A stretch of 64,000 bases of DNA from Octopus vulgaris (Eukaryota), in contig OX597818.1 of the NCBI GenBank assembly GCA_951406725.2, positions 118,544,001 through 118,608,000 on the forward strand. Direction: 5' to 3'. Under the pieces are notes generated by a model. That model saw only the letters and a program-made list of their open reading frames with translations, was not told where the DNA came from and ran no database searches. Made by a program: the position numbers and the translations under genes. Shown here in pieces: positions 13,311 to 26,225 of this stretch (its first letter is position 1; every line of letters begins with the position of its first letter).

Positions 13311-13657
13311 ATATGTGAGATCCTCACCTTCTTAGATCCTCTTTTAAACTCTCTGGCGAAGCCTAGAAGCACACCCAAGTACCCTAATTTTATGTACCTC
13401 TCACTACAGTAGACTGAGAAGGTGGAAATAACATGTGGGGTACTGTGACCTCTTGGGAGAAACAGCTGTAAGAAACTGCTCTTCTTTCTCTATTCAAGAA
13501 ATTACTGGTACTTTATATGTTAAACACAATTTTACACATGTATAGATATTCTCAGAATTGTTCAAAATATATAAATAGACGTAATATAATGTCTAACAGT
13601 TGAAATGTATTATTCCTGGATCCCTTCTATTTGCTTATTGCCACATATGTGTGTATA

Positions 13658-13658
<1 letters not shown>

Positions 13659-13717
<59 letters not shown>

Positions 13718-13876
13718 TTTTTTTCTTCTTTCAAATTTGCTTCCATTTCTTGCCGAGTGTCTTCCCGACTCCTAGGGCAAAGAAACTCATAGTATACATT
13801 GGTAGGCCATTAAACCAAACTCAATAGTTCGTTAATTTTTTTTTTTTTTTTAAAGTTAAATTAATTATTATTTTAA

Positions 13877-13957
<81 letters not shown>

Positions 13958-13960
13958 GGT
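13659..13960. repeat. Two (ATT)n arrays enclosing a ~110-bp insert, possibly the 3' UTR remnant of an AAT-targeting LINE
   Basis: Arrays are directly visible. The insert origin is inferred only from analogy with 56300-60260. Confidence 0.6.
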
Positions 13961-14326
13961 TATTGATGTTGTTGTTGTGTTGTTGTTGTTGTTTTTGTTA
14001 TTATTATTAGTTAATATTTGAAGCGAAGGAAAATAACTTGGAAAATTATAGAAATTAAAACAATATCGAACAAAAGCGGCCGTATATATATATATATAAC
14101 AACCATTGGTGTTAATTCAATAAAGAATGTGGCAGGCACAAAACGACACAACGGAATAAATTTACGAAAGTTAGCTAAGTACACCTACTTGTATATATAT
14201 ATATATATACAAAAAGCAATAAAGATTCAAGTTAATTTAAATGAATTTACTTGAATATGGTACCTAACTTAGATGCACCAAAAAAAACTATACTGATTTA
14301 ACAATACAGTAATGTGGGGTGATTAT

Positions 14327-14843
14327 AAGCGAGAATGAAGCAACAAGAATGGATAGGTTTTTAGTACGATCGTTTCATACAAGGACAGGTTTTATTAAAA
14401 GTTGCAAAAGTTGCAGGAATTGAAACCCACCTCGTTATAATTGACAATGGATAAATTTGCTTTCTGTGAGTATGTAACCCCTCATCATATCTCTGGAAAT
14501 TCATATGTGCACTGTGGATCGGGTCACCTTCTCTGTGATGCTATTAAGACTTTTTTGAAATTCTGTGATGCTATTAAGACTTTTTTGAAATTCTGTAATA
14601 GGACTGTAAATCATCTTTAAAGAACTTTAATGAACTTTTGAAATCTGTTTATGTTATTTAATTATCTACATTACTTCATGAGTATAGCCTCAACCACTAG
14701 GATGTCTAGAGAACTCACATGTATTTTAGCTGATGAGTACGGGACATGTTTATGTGCTGTAATTTTTGCAACTTTTAATAAAACCTGTCCTTGTATGAAA
14801 CGATCGTACTAAAAACCTATCCATTCTTGTTGCTTCATTCTCG

Positions 14844-14846
<3 letters not shown>
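14327..14846 (+). mobile_element. Penelope-like/retrozyme-type element with an inverted partial terminal copy
   Basis: 14327-14415 is the reverse complement of 14757-14846. Ends in (TA)n, contains an HHR and a 30-bp tandem duplication at 14532-14591. Confidence 0.75.
14724..14814 (+). ncRNA. Type I hammerhead ribozyme, minimal stem III, extended stem II
   Basis: TTTTAG CTGATGA GTACGGGACA...TGTCCTTGTAT GAAA C GATC G TA CTAAAA. 6-bp stem I, canonical core, palindromic GATC loop, predicted cleavage after A14808. Confidence 0.8.
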
Positions 14847-14877
<31 letters not shown>

Positions 14878-14882
14878 TATAG

Positions 14883-15038
14883 GTGTCTTCAAGTTTCCTT
14901 CTACCAAATCCACAAACACTGCATTGGACAACCCGAGGCTACAGTAGAAGACACTAGCCCAAGGTGCCGCCCAGTGGCACTGAACCCAAAACCTTGTGGT
15001 TGGGAAGTAAGTATCTTACCACACACCCACTCCTGCGC
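14883..15038 (-). mobile_element. SINE family A, 5' half
   Basis: Reverse complement of the GGCGCAGGAGTGG head through GGAAAC. Confidence 0.8.
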
Positions 15039-15065
15039 CATATATATATATATATATATATATAA

Positions 15066-15298
15066 ATATCGGAGTAAGCACATAAATGTGAAACAAGGTG
15101 GAAGAAAGAGTACACAAATACCAGAGGTAGAGTAATATGCTTTATTTAAAAGCAGCAGAAATGTAACAAAAGCTGTTACTCGGAGTTTCATGTTCCCGTT
15201 CGTCGGACAGATTTGTTAAAAAAAATAGCTGTCCGACGAACGGGAACGGGAAACTCCGAGTAACAGCTTTTGTTACATTTCTGCTGCTTTTAAATAAA

Positions 15299-15299
<1 letters not shown>
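15066..15299. mobile_element. Foldback of a Penelope-like terminal repeat in (TA)n, each arm with an HHR-like motif
   Basis: Arms 15140-15210 and 15229-15299 are near-perfect inverted repeats, flanked by (TA)n on both sides. Confidence 0.75.
15227..15268 (+). ncRNA. Minimal type I hammerhead-like motif with CCGACGA core variant
   Basis: AGCTGT CCGACGA ACG GGAA CGG GAAA CTCCGAG TA ACAGCT. 6-bp stem I, correct topology, GUA cleavage triplet, U4 replaced by C. Confidence 0.6.
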
Positions 15300-15351
<52 letters not shown>

Positions 15352-15927
15352 TATAAATATATAAATATATATAAAAGTTTATATATATATATACACACAC
15401 ACATATGTTTGTATATATGTATGTATGTATAATTTGGTTACGCGTACTATCATTGATACTCACATTTCTCTGTGTATATACGTATGTTACCATGTAAAAT
15501 TATACGTGCGATAACAACAATGATATCACTATACAATCAGTGTGGTATTGTTTTGACTGTACAAATGTTAATCTAATTTTCTTCTGCAGTTCTTTAGAGA
15601 GTTAACACCAGTATGATAATCTAGCGTTCACACCATGTGTTTGCTTAGTGAGACGTCCCCAGGGATTGCGATATGGAACTTCAATCGAGTAAAATTTCAC
15701 TAATTTTCTTTTAAAGAACTCAAATCTTCGAAGCGTACAGCTATAAATATACACGCACTTGTGCGCAGAAATATACAACAATATATATAGAACAACGAGA
15801 GACACACTTGCATGTACATACGTAGATACATATACACATGCATACATACACACACATAATAATATATATGCACATATGTGTATGTATATATATATATATG
15901 TGTGTGTCTGTATATATTTCTATATAC

Positions 15928-16008
<81 letters not shown>

Positions 16009-16069
16009 AATAAATATATATATATATTTATATATATATACATTTATATATATATATGTACACACACAT

Positions 16070-16141
<72 letters not shown>

Positions 16142-16544
16142 TATGTAAATTTGTACAGATATGTGTATGTGTGTGTGTGTGTGTGCGTATGTGTTTGTAT
16201 GTATCTATGTATACATTTATGTATATACGTCCATATTTTTGTCAGTATTTGTGAGTGAGAAAGAAAAAGAGTGAGTGAACATCATCTGTGCATGCATAGA
16301 CAGAGATTTTGCAGAAAATATACTATGGTTATAGCCATCATATGTTCAATGGTTGTGTATAATATATGCAGCTGATTTGATTTTACAAGCATGAGTTTGA
16401 TGTACGCATACTTTTATACTTACGAGTAGGAAGAATTTTCTATTTATATTTTATAATTATACATATCTTTCTACATTTAATGTTGCACATATATTTATGC
16501 ATAAACATACACACGCGTATATATATATATATATATATATATAT

Positions 16545-16661
16545 AACCAAGGAAAAAAGCAACAAGAATGGATTAGTAGTTTAGTACAAGTGTTTCGTAC
16601 TAAGAACATTTTAGTTAAAACTGCAAATATTGCAGCAAATACAATGTCCAGTATTCATCAG
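16545..16661 (-). mobile_element. Diverged relative of the 14724 hammerhead element, 5'-truncated at a SINE junction
   Basis: Minus strand reads CTGATGA ATACTGGACAT...ATGTTCTTAGTAC GAAA CACTTG TA CTAAA, followed by the shared tail TCCATTCTTGTTGCTT and then (TA)n. Confidence 0.7.
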
Positions 16662-16910
16662 GGTCGATAAATTAAGTACCAGTTTTATACTGTTGTTGAT
16701 CTAATCGACTGGTCCCCATCTCCTGAAATATCAAGCCTTGTGTCTAGAGTAGAAAAGTATATTCTGAGTTCAGATTCTGCCAAAGTTGATTTCGCTTTTC
16801 ATCCTTTCGGGCCGATGAAATAAGTACCACTTACACACTGGGGTTGATTTAATCAACTTATCCCCTCCCCCCAAAATCTCAGGCCTTGCGCATATAGTAG
16901 AAAGGATTAT
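16661..16910 (+). mobile_element. SINE family B, partial, two units
   Basis: GGGTCGATAAATTAAGTACCAG and TCATCCTTTCGGGCCGATGAAATAAGTACC blocks. Confidence 0.75.
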
Positions 16911-16920
16911 TAGTGTTGTT

Positions 16921-17292
16921 ATTACCTCCACCTTCACTAAGGTGGAGGTATTGTTTTCACTCGTATTTGCTTGTTTGTCTGCCCGTGGACAAGATATCTC
17001 GAGAACATCTGGATGGATTTGGATGAAACTTTTAGGGATATTTTGCCTCATGACTGACGTGAATTGATTAGATTTTGGGATCAATCTGGTACCGGACAAG
17101 GATTTTGGATTATTTTTCCTGTTTTTTTTTACTTGATTTTTGAGACCAGTCAGGTTCATTTTTAGTATTCTCGTTTGTGAGAGCAGTCGAGCTTATTTCA
17201 GATATTCCCATTTTAAAAATCATCTCTGGCTAATCATTGAGAGGATGTTGGTGTTGCCTTGGTGGAGGTCTGCGTTCTATGAGTGCTTTTGT
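16921..17292 (+). mobile_element. HINE-like (Helentron-associated) non-autonomous element
   Basis: 5' ACCTCCACCTT...AAGGTGGAGGT hairpin, (TGTT/TGTC)n tract, 3' subterminal IR CCTTGGTGGAGGT followed by a short hairpin, T-rich ends. Second copy at 20145. Confidence 0.75.
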
Positions 17293-17329
17293 TATTAATA
17301 AATTGATCTGTTATATTTTCAGGTGGTGT

Positions 17330-18870
17330 GAACTGAAATACAGCCAATTGATCTCTTCCACTTTTGTCATAGTTTTGACCTTCTTCCCACACATTCTGCA
17401 GATGTGCGATGCACTTACGTGTTATATATTCTTTTTCACTGAATTGGCATTCAATGCCTGGTCCTGGGCCACGATGATTAGCCTTTCGGTATCCTTGTTT
17501 AGGTTACCCTTGTTGAGCCACCTCCATGATACTTCCGGGTCTTTTAATTTGTTGGTTTCACGGTGGAACTGACCATGTAATTCCATACGGGGTAGGGTTT
17601 CTTCTCTCCCGTTGGCTGTTCGGAATTCATGAACACACTCAATTCCATTTTTGTTAACTCCTTCTGCACTAGTAGCCTACTACAACAGGCTTTCTTTGCT
17701 GTTAACCAAATATTCTGCCATATTTCTTCTTTAACTGTTAATGCATTCCCGTACGCTAATCAGCCCGAGTCTACCATTGCATTTGCCTTAGGGTGGAGGG
17801 CACCATGCATTGTCATTGTCTTTCGGGGAATGCGATCGAGTTGGTCAACCTCCACTTGTGTCCATCTCAGGATGGGTGCACTATAACGGACTACAGCGGC
17901 AGCTCATGTGTTGATGGCAGTCACAAGGTTCTTTGATTCGATCTTCGATTTCAAGATAAGTTTAAGGCGCTTGAAATATGCAGTGGTGAACTTTTCTTTC
18001 ATTTCTCTGTTCAAGATAATTACACTTTTCCCCCGCTTCAAGTAGGCCCCACACACTTCGAGATACCGAATTCCATCCCTATATTCTTGCTGCACATTTG
18101 CATAGTCTCAACTAGCCTTCCATTTCAGGCTCTGTTTGTGTAAACAATTTTCAATCAACCATGAAAAGAAGGTGGTTAAAACGAGATCCGATCTTTCGAA
18201 GCTCATAGTGCATGTTGATTTTACGTAAGACTACAGAAAGTGGGATCAAGTCTATAAAAAATAACAGAGGTGAACGAGAGTCTCCTTGAAGGATATCACT
18301 TTTGATTGTTACCTCGGCTAAGTGCTGGTTGTTAAAGGAAATACGCGGTTTCCAACAATGCTTCCTGTTCTTAACCAGTGCAAACACGTTCTCAGATATT
18401 CCACACATGTCGAGTATTTCCCAAACCCAGGAATGCGGCAGCATGCCGTAAACCTTCTCGAAGTCTACGCAGGCCATGCACAAGTTTTTTTGGTACCTTT
18501 TACAGTTCTTCATTATAACCTTGTCTATCACAAGGTGGTCCTTTGTGCCCTTGAATCCTTTTCGGCATCACTTTTGATCTACTAACAGAAGATTATTTTC
18601 CGCAAGGAACGTATATAGGTTCCCTGCGAGGGTACCTCTTAATACGTTCCATTGGACGTTAAGACAAGCAATAGATCGGTAATTGCCAACCTCATTGCCT
18701 TTTGATTGAGCTTTCATTAACAAAGTTGTTCTTCCCCCTACCATCCACTCCGAAATTGTACTGCTCTGTAAGCAATTGTATAATTACAACGCAATTCTTT
18801 TATGTATTGACCTAAACCACTTGAGCCAGTAGCCTTAAATTCCGCCTGGTCCTGCTGCTTTCCAGCTTGG
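17330..18870 (-). pseudogene. Decayed R4/Dong-like non-LTR reverse transcriptase
   Basis: Degenerate RT motifs VDFEKVYGMLPHSW, ILQGDSRSPLLF and NHLLFMVD, plus KNLVTAINT, collinear with the ORF at 58089-60018. Many stops and frameshifts. Confidence 0.85.
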
Positions 18871-20144
18871 CAGATTTGATATCTGTGCAAGGATATCGTC
18901 CGTTGTTATGCGCACATGGTCCTCGTGGTGCCTTCGGATTGTTGTTTTTGCTGTTTTTGCTCTTGTTGTTGCTGTTGTATTGTGTTATATTTACGATGTT
19001 TATTAGAAGCAGCTCGAAACACCATGACCATCGCATCTCTCTAGCTGCTTCCTTAACAATTTTACGTATAAAGGTATTTTTCGATGGTAGTGTAAGATTT
19101 GAAAGAAAGTATGATTAAAGAACATTATATAACTAGATGATAATTAGATTCAGGGTGTGCTGAGGATTTATAGTCATTAAAGTGAGATTAATAGGTTTCT
19201 GTATTTTTTACATCTGTTATCGAAAAAGTGGTAAAGCGGTCGTTGTAAATTTTGAAAGATTTCTTTTTCTGTAGGGTTAATGACAGATGACTCCCAATAA
19301 GTAGAAAGTTATTTCAGCTGAACTTGGGAATATATCCGAGCGGTCACTGACCATGTAGAAAATATGTTTAAAGCCACACCCTATTATGTTTACGATACAA
19401 ATATTGCAACGCATTGAATAATGTAAGTTTGGATATTTTATAAAAATGCCGTACTCCATTGTAGCTTAGCAAATACTGCGACAAATGCAACATCAATCAA
19501 ATTTGCTTCTTTAGACCTAGTTCGGTCCTTTTTGATGAGATATGTGAACAAATACGTTTCATTTGCAATGGTCCTGTATGTTATTCTGGGATAACGGATC
19601 TAATAATATATTCTCTATTCTGTCTCTTTTGTGAGAATGTAATTTTTCTTTAAGTGAAAGAAATGGCTGCTATTTTCAATCTGACATTATCCTGGACTCT
19701 TTATCTATTTCACTAGCAAGGAATACAAAAATAGTATCAGCACGCATGACAGACATACTCAAGTGCAAAAGTTACACGTCAATTACTTGTCTGAATAAGA
19801 ACAGGGCGCAGAGTATGTACCATGTGAATAAATGAAAAATGCTAATTTTACATAGAAAAATATGTTGCAGGTAATTTTTAACGTCTGAAATTTCGTTTGG
19901 CCAGCAAAGACTCAATGCCAGTAATAAACACAAAATTTCGAAGTTAGGTCAATTGATATCATAATAGAAACTGTGATTACTTAGCATATGAAAAATATTT
20001 AAAAGTTAATTATTGAAATTTTGCCGGTAGACTGAAATTGAGCTAGGAGCATTGATTAATTAATCTAGTTTACATTTAATGATACCTGCTCGCCTGATTT
20101 TTTGCCGATGGTGTCTGTTGGTGACAGTTTCAATACTCATTTTT

Positions 20145-20531
20145 ATTACTTCCGACTTAGTGAAGGCGGTGGTATTGTTTTCAATTGTGCTTTTTTGTCT
20201 GTGTGTTTGTCCGTGGACAAGATATCTCAAGAACCGCTGGATGGATTCAGATGAAACTTTCAGGGATATTTGGCCTCGTAACTGGCAGGAATTGATTAGG
20301 TTTTGCAATCGATCAGGTACCGGACAAGGATTCTGGATTATTCTTCCTGATTTTGGGGGTTCTTTTAAAACTTAATTTGTGAGAGTGGTCGGATTCAGTT
20401 TTAGAATTGTCGTTTGTGAGAGCAGTCGATTTTATTTCAGATATTCTCATTTTAAAATTACCTCAGGATAATTGTTGAGAGCACCTTGGTGTTGCCTTGG
20501 AAGAGGTTTGCGCTCTCTTATTGCTCTTGTT
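20145..20531 (+). mobile_element. HINE-like element, second copy
   Basis: Shares CCGTGGACAAGATATCTC, GGTACCGGACAAGGATT and TTTGTGAGAGCAGTCGA with 16921-17292. Confidence 0.75.
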
Positions 20532-21339
20532 TTATATGAATTAGACTTTTATGCGACCGACTTAACATTTATTTCCGGTAGCAATACCTCGTTCTAATAT
20601 GCGTTGTATTTTTGTCAAGGACTACATGCTGGGGAAAAGATATTCTCGTTAAGACTGATAGGAATAAATGATTGATGCTATTTTCATCGATCCCAAAATT
20701 ATGAATGTTTTAGTTAAATTTCTATAATATATGCAGTTTACGCCTGAATTAATTGTTTCATCAGACATACAAATAATAAAATGACAAAAACATAAATATT
20801 ATCACTGAATAGTTACACGAGCCTACGAGGTAGTCCTTCCGTGCCTACGTGAGCTTTTGCAAACATCATATTACTTGGTAAAGGTTGAGATAGAAAAAAA
20901 GGGAAAAAAAAGTATAGATATTTATGTCTGCAACGTTTTTGGTCGTAGATATATGAGAATAAAGCTGATCACGGTGTAAAAGACAATGATTCTTTCAGAT
21001 ATATTTTCTGTCTGCTTACGTCATTGTGCTTGGATATTTCGTACTTTAAGTGCAACGTACCTTAACAACTCGATTTGTCCGAATCATAGAAAACCTGAAG
21101 TCAGTGTGATGCTTTTATCATAAGAATGAATTTCATTGCATAACTTATGATATATGTTAGGAAAGTAAACATGCCTTTTTTTGGAGAGACTCTATTATGT
21201 TGAATGTATGTAAGACGTTTATCTTTAAACCACACACATTACATACTCTGAAAGCTTGCACTAGAGTAGACTATGAGACATCTATCAGGAGGTTTAGATG
21301 AAAGGAGAGGATGAATTGATTATATGATGCTAACAAATA

Positions 21340-22102
21340 CAGGCATGCCTCGCCCTACGTCGTTAATTAGATCCAGGAGACACGACTGAAGCCCAAAAAA
21401 TGACTTAAGTCGAATTAACTTATCACTAGGCTAGGCTAGGCCGAATTTACTTGTCTATCGGCTAAACCGATAATAACAATTCCCAGTTCTGTACTTTATT
21501 TATGTAAGCATTTTCAATGATACATGGTTAATAAAAACTTATTTTAAGCTTGCAAACAAATGATTATTTTTAATGCAGTACAGTAAAAAAAAAAAGTAAT
21601 CTAAATTTAGGAATACAAATTTTGCCTTTTTTACCGTACATCACGGACGATTTATTTATAAATGTAGTTTGTCCAAAGGCATGGTAAAGTAAGAGCCATT
21701 TTAAGCTTACAAAACAAATTCAGATTTGATTATTTCCCAACTGTAAAAGAAGAACTAAATTACTTTAAGTTTACCAATACGTATATCCAATTCGGTGATT
21801 TTGTGATTTCATGATTTCGTTCACTATGCTACAATAATTTATGTTGTGTATCTTAACATTTACTGTACGTATTCTAATATGATTTTCTATGATTTTATTC
21901 TTATTTATTGTACAGTAACATGATTGTATGTGCTTTTAATGGTTTTCTAGTGATTTCACGATTCCAATACTTGTGGCGGACAGACGTAAAGTCGAATAAA
22001 ATGACTTAACTTGATTTAAATGTTTTCCATATATTAATCATGAAAACCGACGTATAATCGAGAACGACTAAAATCAGAACAACTTAGACCGAGGTATGCC
22101 AG
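21340..22102. mobile_element. pogo/Tigger-like MITE
   Basis: TA|CAGGCATGCCTCG...CGAGGTATGCCAG|TA, imperfect ~25-bp TIRs, TA target duplication. CAGGCATACCTCG is a Tigger-type terminus. Confidence 0.65.
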
Positions 22103-22747
22103 TATACTTTAATGGAAGGGTTTCTTAACTGTGTCTATCAGCACACATATACTAAAATTGCTTGGATTTAGGTATGGCCATGCTAAATAGTTATATACGC
22201 AAGGTGCTATGTTGACGGATCGAAGCTTGGGATCCTGGATTGTGAAAAGAAAGTTCCTTTTTCTGCAGATTTTAGACTAGATCCAACGTTGATGCATCTA
22301 TAATGCATTTATAATGGTATGTAAGTGTTCAAAATATACATCTCCCTGGCGTAATTTTTTTCTAAAATTTATAGTACTTGAACAGGAAAGAAAAAACAAC
22401 GCGTTTGCAAATGAAATAAAGCTGCAAGTTCCCATTTCTTTTACGCCTATGAAATTCTATAGAAATGTAGTATGTATGGAACAAATGACGTGTGTTTATA
22501 GATGCCAAGTATATTTTAGACTGATAGCTAATCCGTTTTTCAATTAGGGAAGGTCGTTTACGTCGTTTATTCAGGCAACAACTTTCAGTAATGTATGGCT
22601 ATCATGAACACATTTCCTATTTTATAATAGACTGTAAAACACTGAAACTCCTATGGCTCTTCTGGTCCTTCCTTACATTATTACTGTAGTAACATGTCGA
22701 TCTAGGTTCACAAAAGCTCACTTGATTCTATTTTATTATTATTGTTT

Positions 22748-22876
22748 ATACATACATACATACATACATACATACATACATACGTATGTTTGTATCTATG
22801 TGTATATATATGTATACATATATACATACATGCATACATATATATATATATATATATATATGTATGCATGTATGTA

Positions 22877-22941
<65 letters not shown>

Positions 22942-23093
22942 GTATATATATACATATATATATATGTTATATATACATATATATATATATGTATATATAT
23001 ATACATATATATATATATGTGTATATATATACATATATATATATGTATATATATACATATATATATATGTATATATATACATATATATATATG

Positions 23094-23176
<83 letters not shown>

Positions 23177-23203
23177 GTATATATATACATATATATATAT
23201 ATG

Positions 23204-23264
<61 letters not shown>

Positions 23265-23272
23265 ATATATAC
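22748..23272. repeat. Compound (ATAC)n/(TA)n microsatellite, ~520 bp
   Basis: Directly visible. Many shorter (TA)n, (CA)n and (ATAC)n tracts occur across the window, e.g. 11140-11375, 15880-16136, 33820-34047, 52445-52885. Confidence 0.97.
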
Positions 23273-24386
23273 ATGTGTGAATAGAGTGGGAGATAAATTT
23301 TTTATTAAGTAAAAGCAATAAACGGAAAATTAGTGAACTTTCATTTTCTGGGGAATAAATATAGTCGATTTCGACGGCAATACTGTTCTGTTGCCCAAAT
23401 TCATAGATTAAAGTCTACAGGAATACAGCTATAAAACATGGCAAGGCTTTTAACCAAAAGAATCAGTAATATAAAATGTTTCCGGTGCAAGGCACTGCAT
23501 TGGCAAAATAATACAATTGCATACAGCTAAAATATTTAACCTAACTTATTTAGAATGAGAACTCCTAATAAATACAACTGCCCTTTGCTCTTTTACCATC
23601 TATATTTCTTGTGTTTTTTCTTTTGTTTTCTTCTCTCATTCAGACTTATTACACCGTGTATTTTATCACCTATTTTTTTTTTTGGGGGGGGGTTGTTTTT
23701 AATTTAGTTTTTTTTTTCTTTCTGTCTCAATATTATATCACTCTGCTGTTCTCTGTCCGCTGTCTGTTTTTCCCTCACTGTTTCTCTATTAAAACCTCCC
23801 ACGTTCATTATATTTCACCTCGTTTTTTTCCTTTCTCTCTCCCCTTTTTTTTCTTTCATTATGTATATGCTATCAATTTTAATAGACCTGTTTTTATTGC
23901 ATCGTTCTTATGCTCTTAATATTTTCCTCTCTGTACACACCACGTAAGCTAACATACACAGAAATACATATTCAAAGAACTCTTCATTGACTTCCAAATA
24001 TTTAGTGGATTGCACTTACAGACAAAAGAAAGAATTCCACACAAGCATAAATACGCGAAGACTTGAATATACTTCACAGAAATCACCACAAAATGCATTA
24101 CATCAAATACGCCAATAGTAATGCTGTACTATAACGACACTAAATTTAATATAAAAAATATTGTCATTAACGACGTGTATGCATTAATGGGATAAAGCTA
24201 CCTGTAAAATACACAAATATATGATTGTGAACGCGGAAGTAATAAACTTGAAAACTATCGCTTATATTGGATATATTAGAAGAGTTTTCCAAAACATTCA
24301 ACCGCTAAATAAACAGACTTTTATAGCAAGAATCAATTGAAATGCACTGCGTCACACAACAGATTACAAAACGTTATAAGGAAATA

Positions 24387-24456
24387 CAGGGTGCAGCAAA
24401 ATCTCACAGATTTACTATATCTGTGAGAATCAGGTTATTTTGTTCGCAGCACCTTG
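24387..24456. mobile_element. Very small Tc1/mariner-type MITE remnant
   Basis: TA|CAGGGTGCAGC...GCAGCACCTTG|TA with an internal 10-bp hairpin TCTCACAGAT/ATCTGTGAGA. Confidence 0.45.
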
Positions 24457-24747
24457 TATGAGATAGATAAAATATCTGAATTATGGAGAATTCCAGAGGA
24501 AATTACTGAATTAATGATGGAGATAGCTACGAATTTATAGAATCGCACAAAGCCAAATAGGCCATAGATAACATATTCTGGACACTGGTTTGAGCAAGAT
24601 GGTTTACAGACCTGTAAATCTAACAAGAAATGCTCAAATGGAAATGCCTATAATAGTTACATTGGTTCTACTTGCTAAAACCAAGACAACACCATGTGCA
24701 GATATCACTCCATTCGGGTGCTGTGATACTGAAAATATAAGACCCGA

Positions 24748-24988
24748 AAAGGCGGCGAGCTGGCAGAAACGTTAGCACGCCGGGTGAATTGCGTAGCCGT
24801 ATTTCGCCTGCCGTTACGTTCTGAGTTCAAAATCCGCCGAGGTAAACTTTGCCTTTCATCCTTTTGGGGTCGATAAAATTAAGTACCAGTTATGCACTGG
24901 GGTCGATGTAATCGACTTGATCCGATTCTCTGTCCTTGTTTGTCCCCTCTCTGTTTAGCTCCTTGTGGGTAGCAAAGAAATAGGTATT
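24748..24988 (+). mobile_element. SINE family B, one unit
   Basis: Near-identical to 1058-1295. Confidence 0.85.
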
Positions 24989-26191
24989 GGCAATCCGAAA
25001 CCTATTATTGCATAAAAGACTTAAGCAACAATTAGGTCTGCATTAAATCCATATTCTAGCGTCCTGTCTTCTAGCTTGCAGAACGGATCACTCTACATTT
25101 TTAGATACGTGCATGTTGTTTGGAAATGTCCTAGGGCTTCACTAGCGATAAGATCATATTTGTAGAAACACATCCTCACCTTGAATATGTTACAAGCAAC
25201 TTTCACAGCGTACGCAGCCTATTCACAATATGTGATAATCTGTTTTGTATAACTGAAAATCGGATGTTTTGACATAAGACATTATAATTTATAAATATAT
25301 ACACTCTACTGACCGTACATTAGACAATCATAGCCCACTTCCAAATCAGTACTGGAAGTTCATTATGCTAATGTAAATTCGCTGTTGTTGCAACCCCACT
25401 GAAATCCAATCGAAACCAAATATTATTCTTAACATTCTTGTAATAGTTTGGTGTTCTGTAATGCATAATGTGATATAATAGTTATATTCTACACATTATA
25501 AATGTTCATTGGGTGTATTATGCTGTAATTATATATTATGTTATAACAACTGGTGTTCTCTTTGCGCTCCATCTAACACCCTTACAAGCCATCAGCTGCA
25601 TATGCCTAACTACACTGTCTATCAAATGTTTCTTACCGTCACACAACCACGTTTTAATACTTTTTATAACTGTAATGCTCGAGTCTTTCTGCAATTTACT
25701 AAATTTTATCTTTAATTTTTAATGTCACCTAGTTTTTCTTTTGAATCACAATCACTTCTATACAAAGGCGCTGTTTCGTCCGACAGATTTTGCTGACACG
25801 GATGTTTATTAATTCGATTAATTATTTGAGAAAGGGTTGAACTCCAGACTAATGCGTGAATGAATCACTTGAAAAAAGGATGTATATATATATATATATT
25901 GTAAATAAGAAAATGGAGAAGCACAATAGTTGGTTCATCCACTTTAGGACATTAAAATGTTAATTATTTAATAAAATGATAATTATAATAATATACATAC
26001 ATATAGCATATATGTATACCTCCCTACCTACATACATGCATACATACATATATATGTGTATGCATGTGTATACGTATGTATACATACGTGTACACATGCA
26101 TATATATGCATATGTATGTGTGCATGTATGTATGTGTGTATGCATATATGTATTTATGTATGATATTTATGTATGTATTTATGTATGTATG

Positions 26192-26225
<34 letters not shown>

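Noticed and set aside
22653-23318. Long ORFs of 160-220 aa rich in YI/IY, and similar ORFs at 89-381, 11062-11506, 15741-16254, 51123-51477 and 52273-53078
   Set aside because: Translations of (TA)n, (CA)n and (ATAC)n microsatellites, which lack stop codons in several frames.
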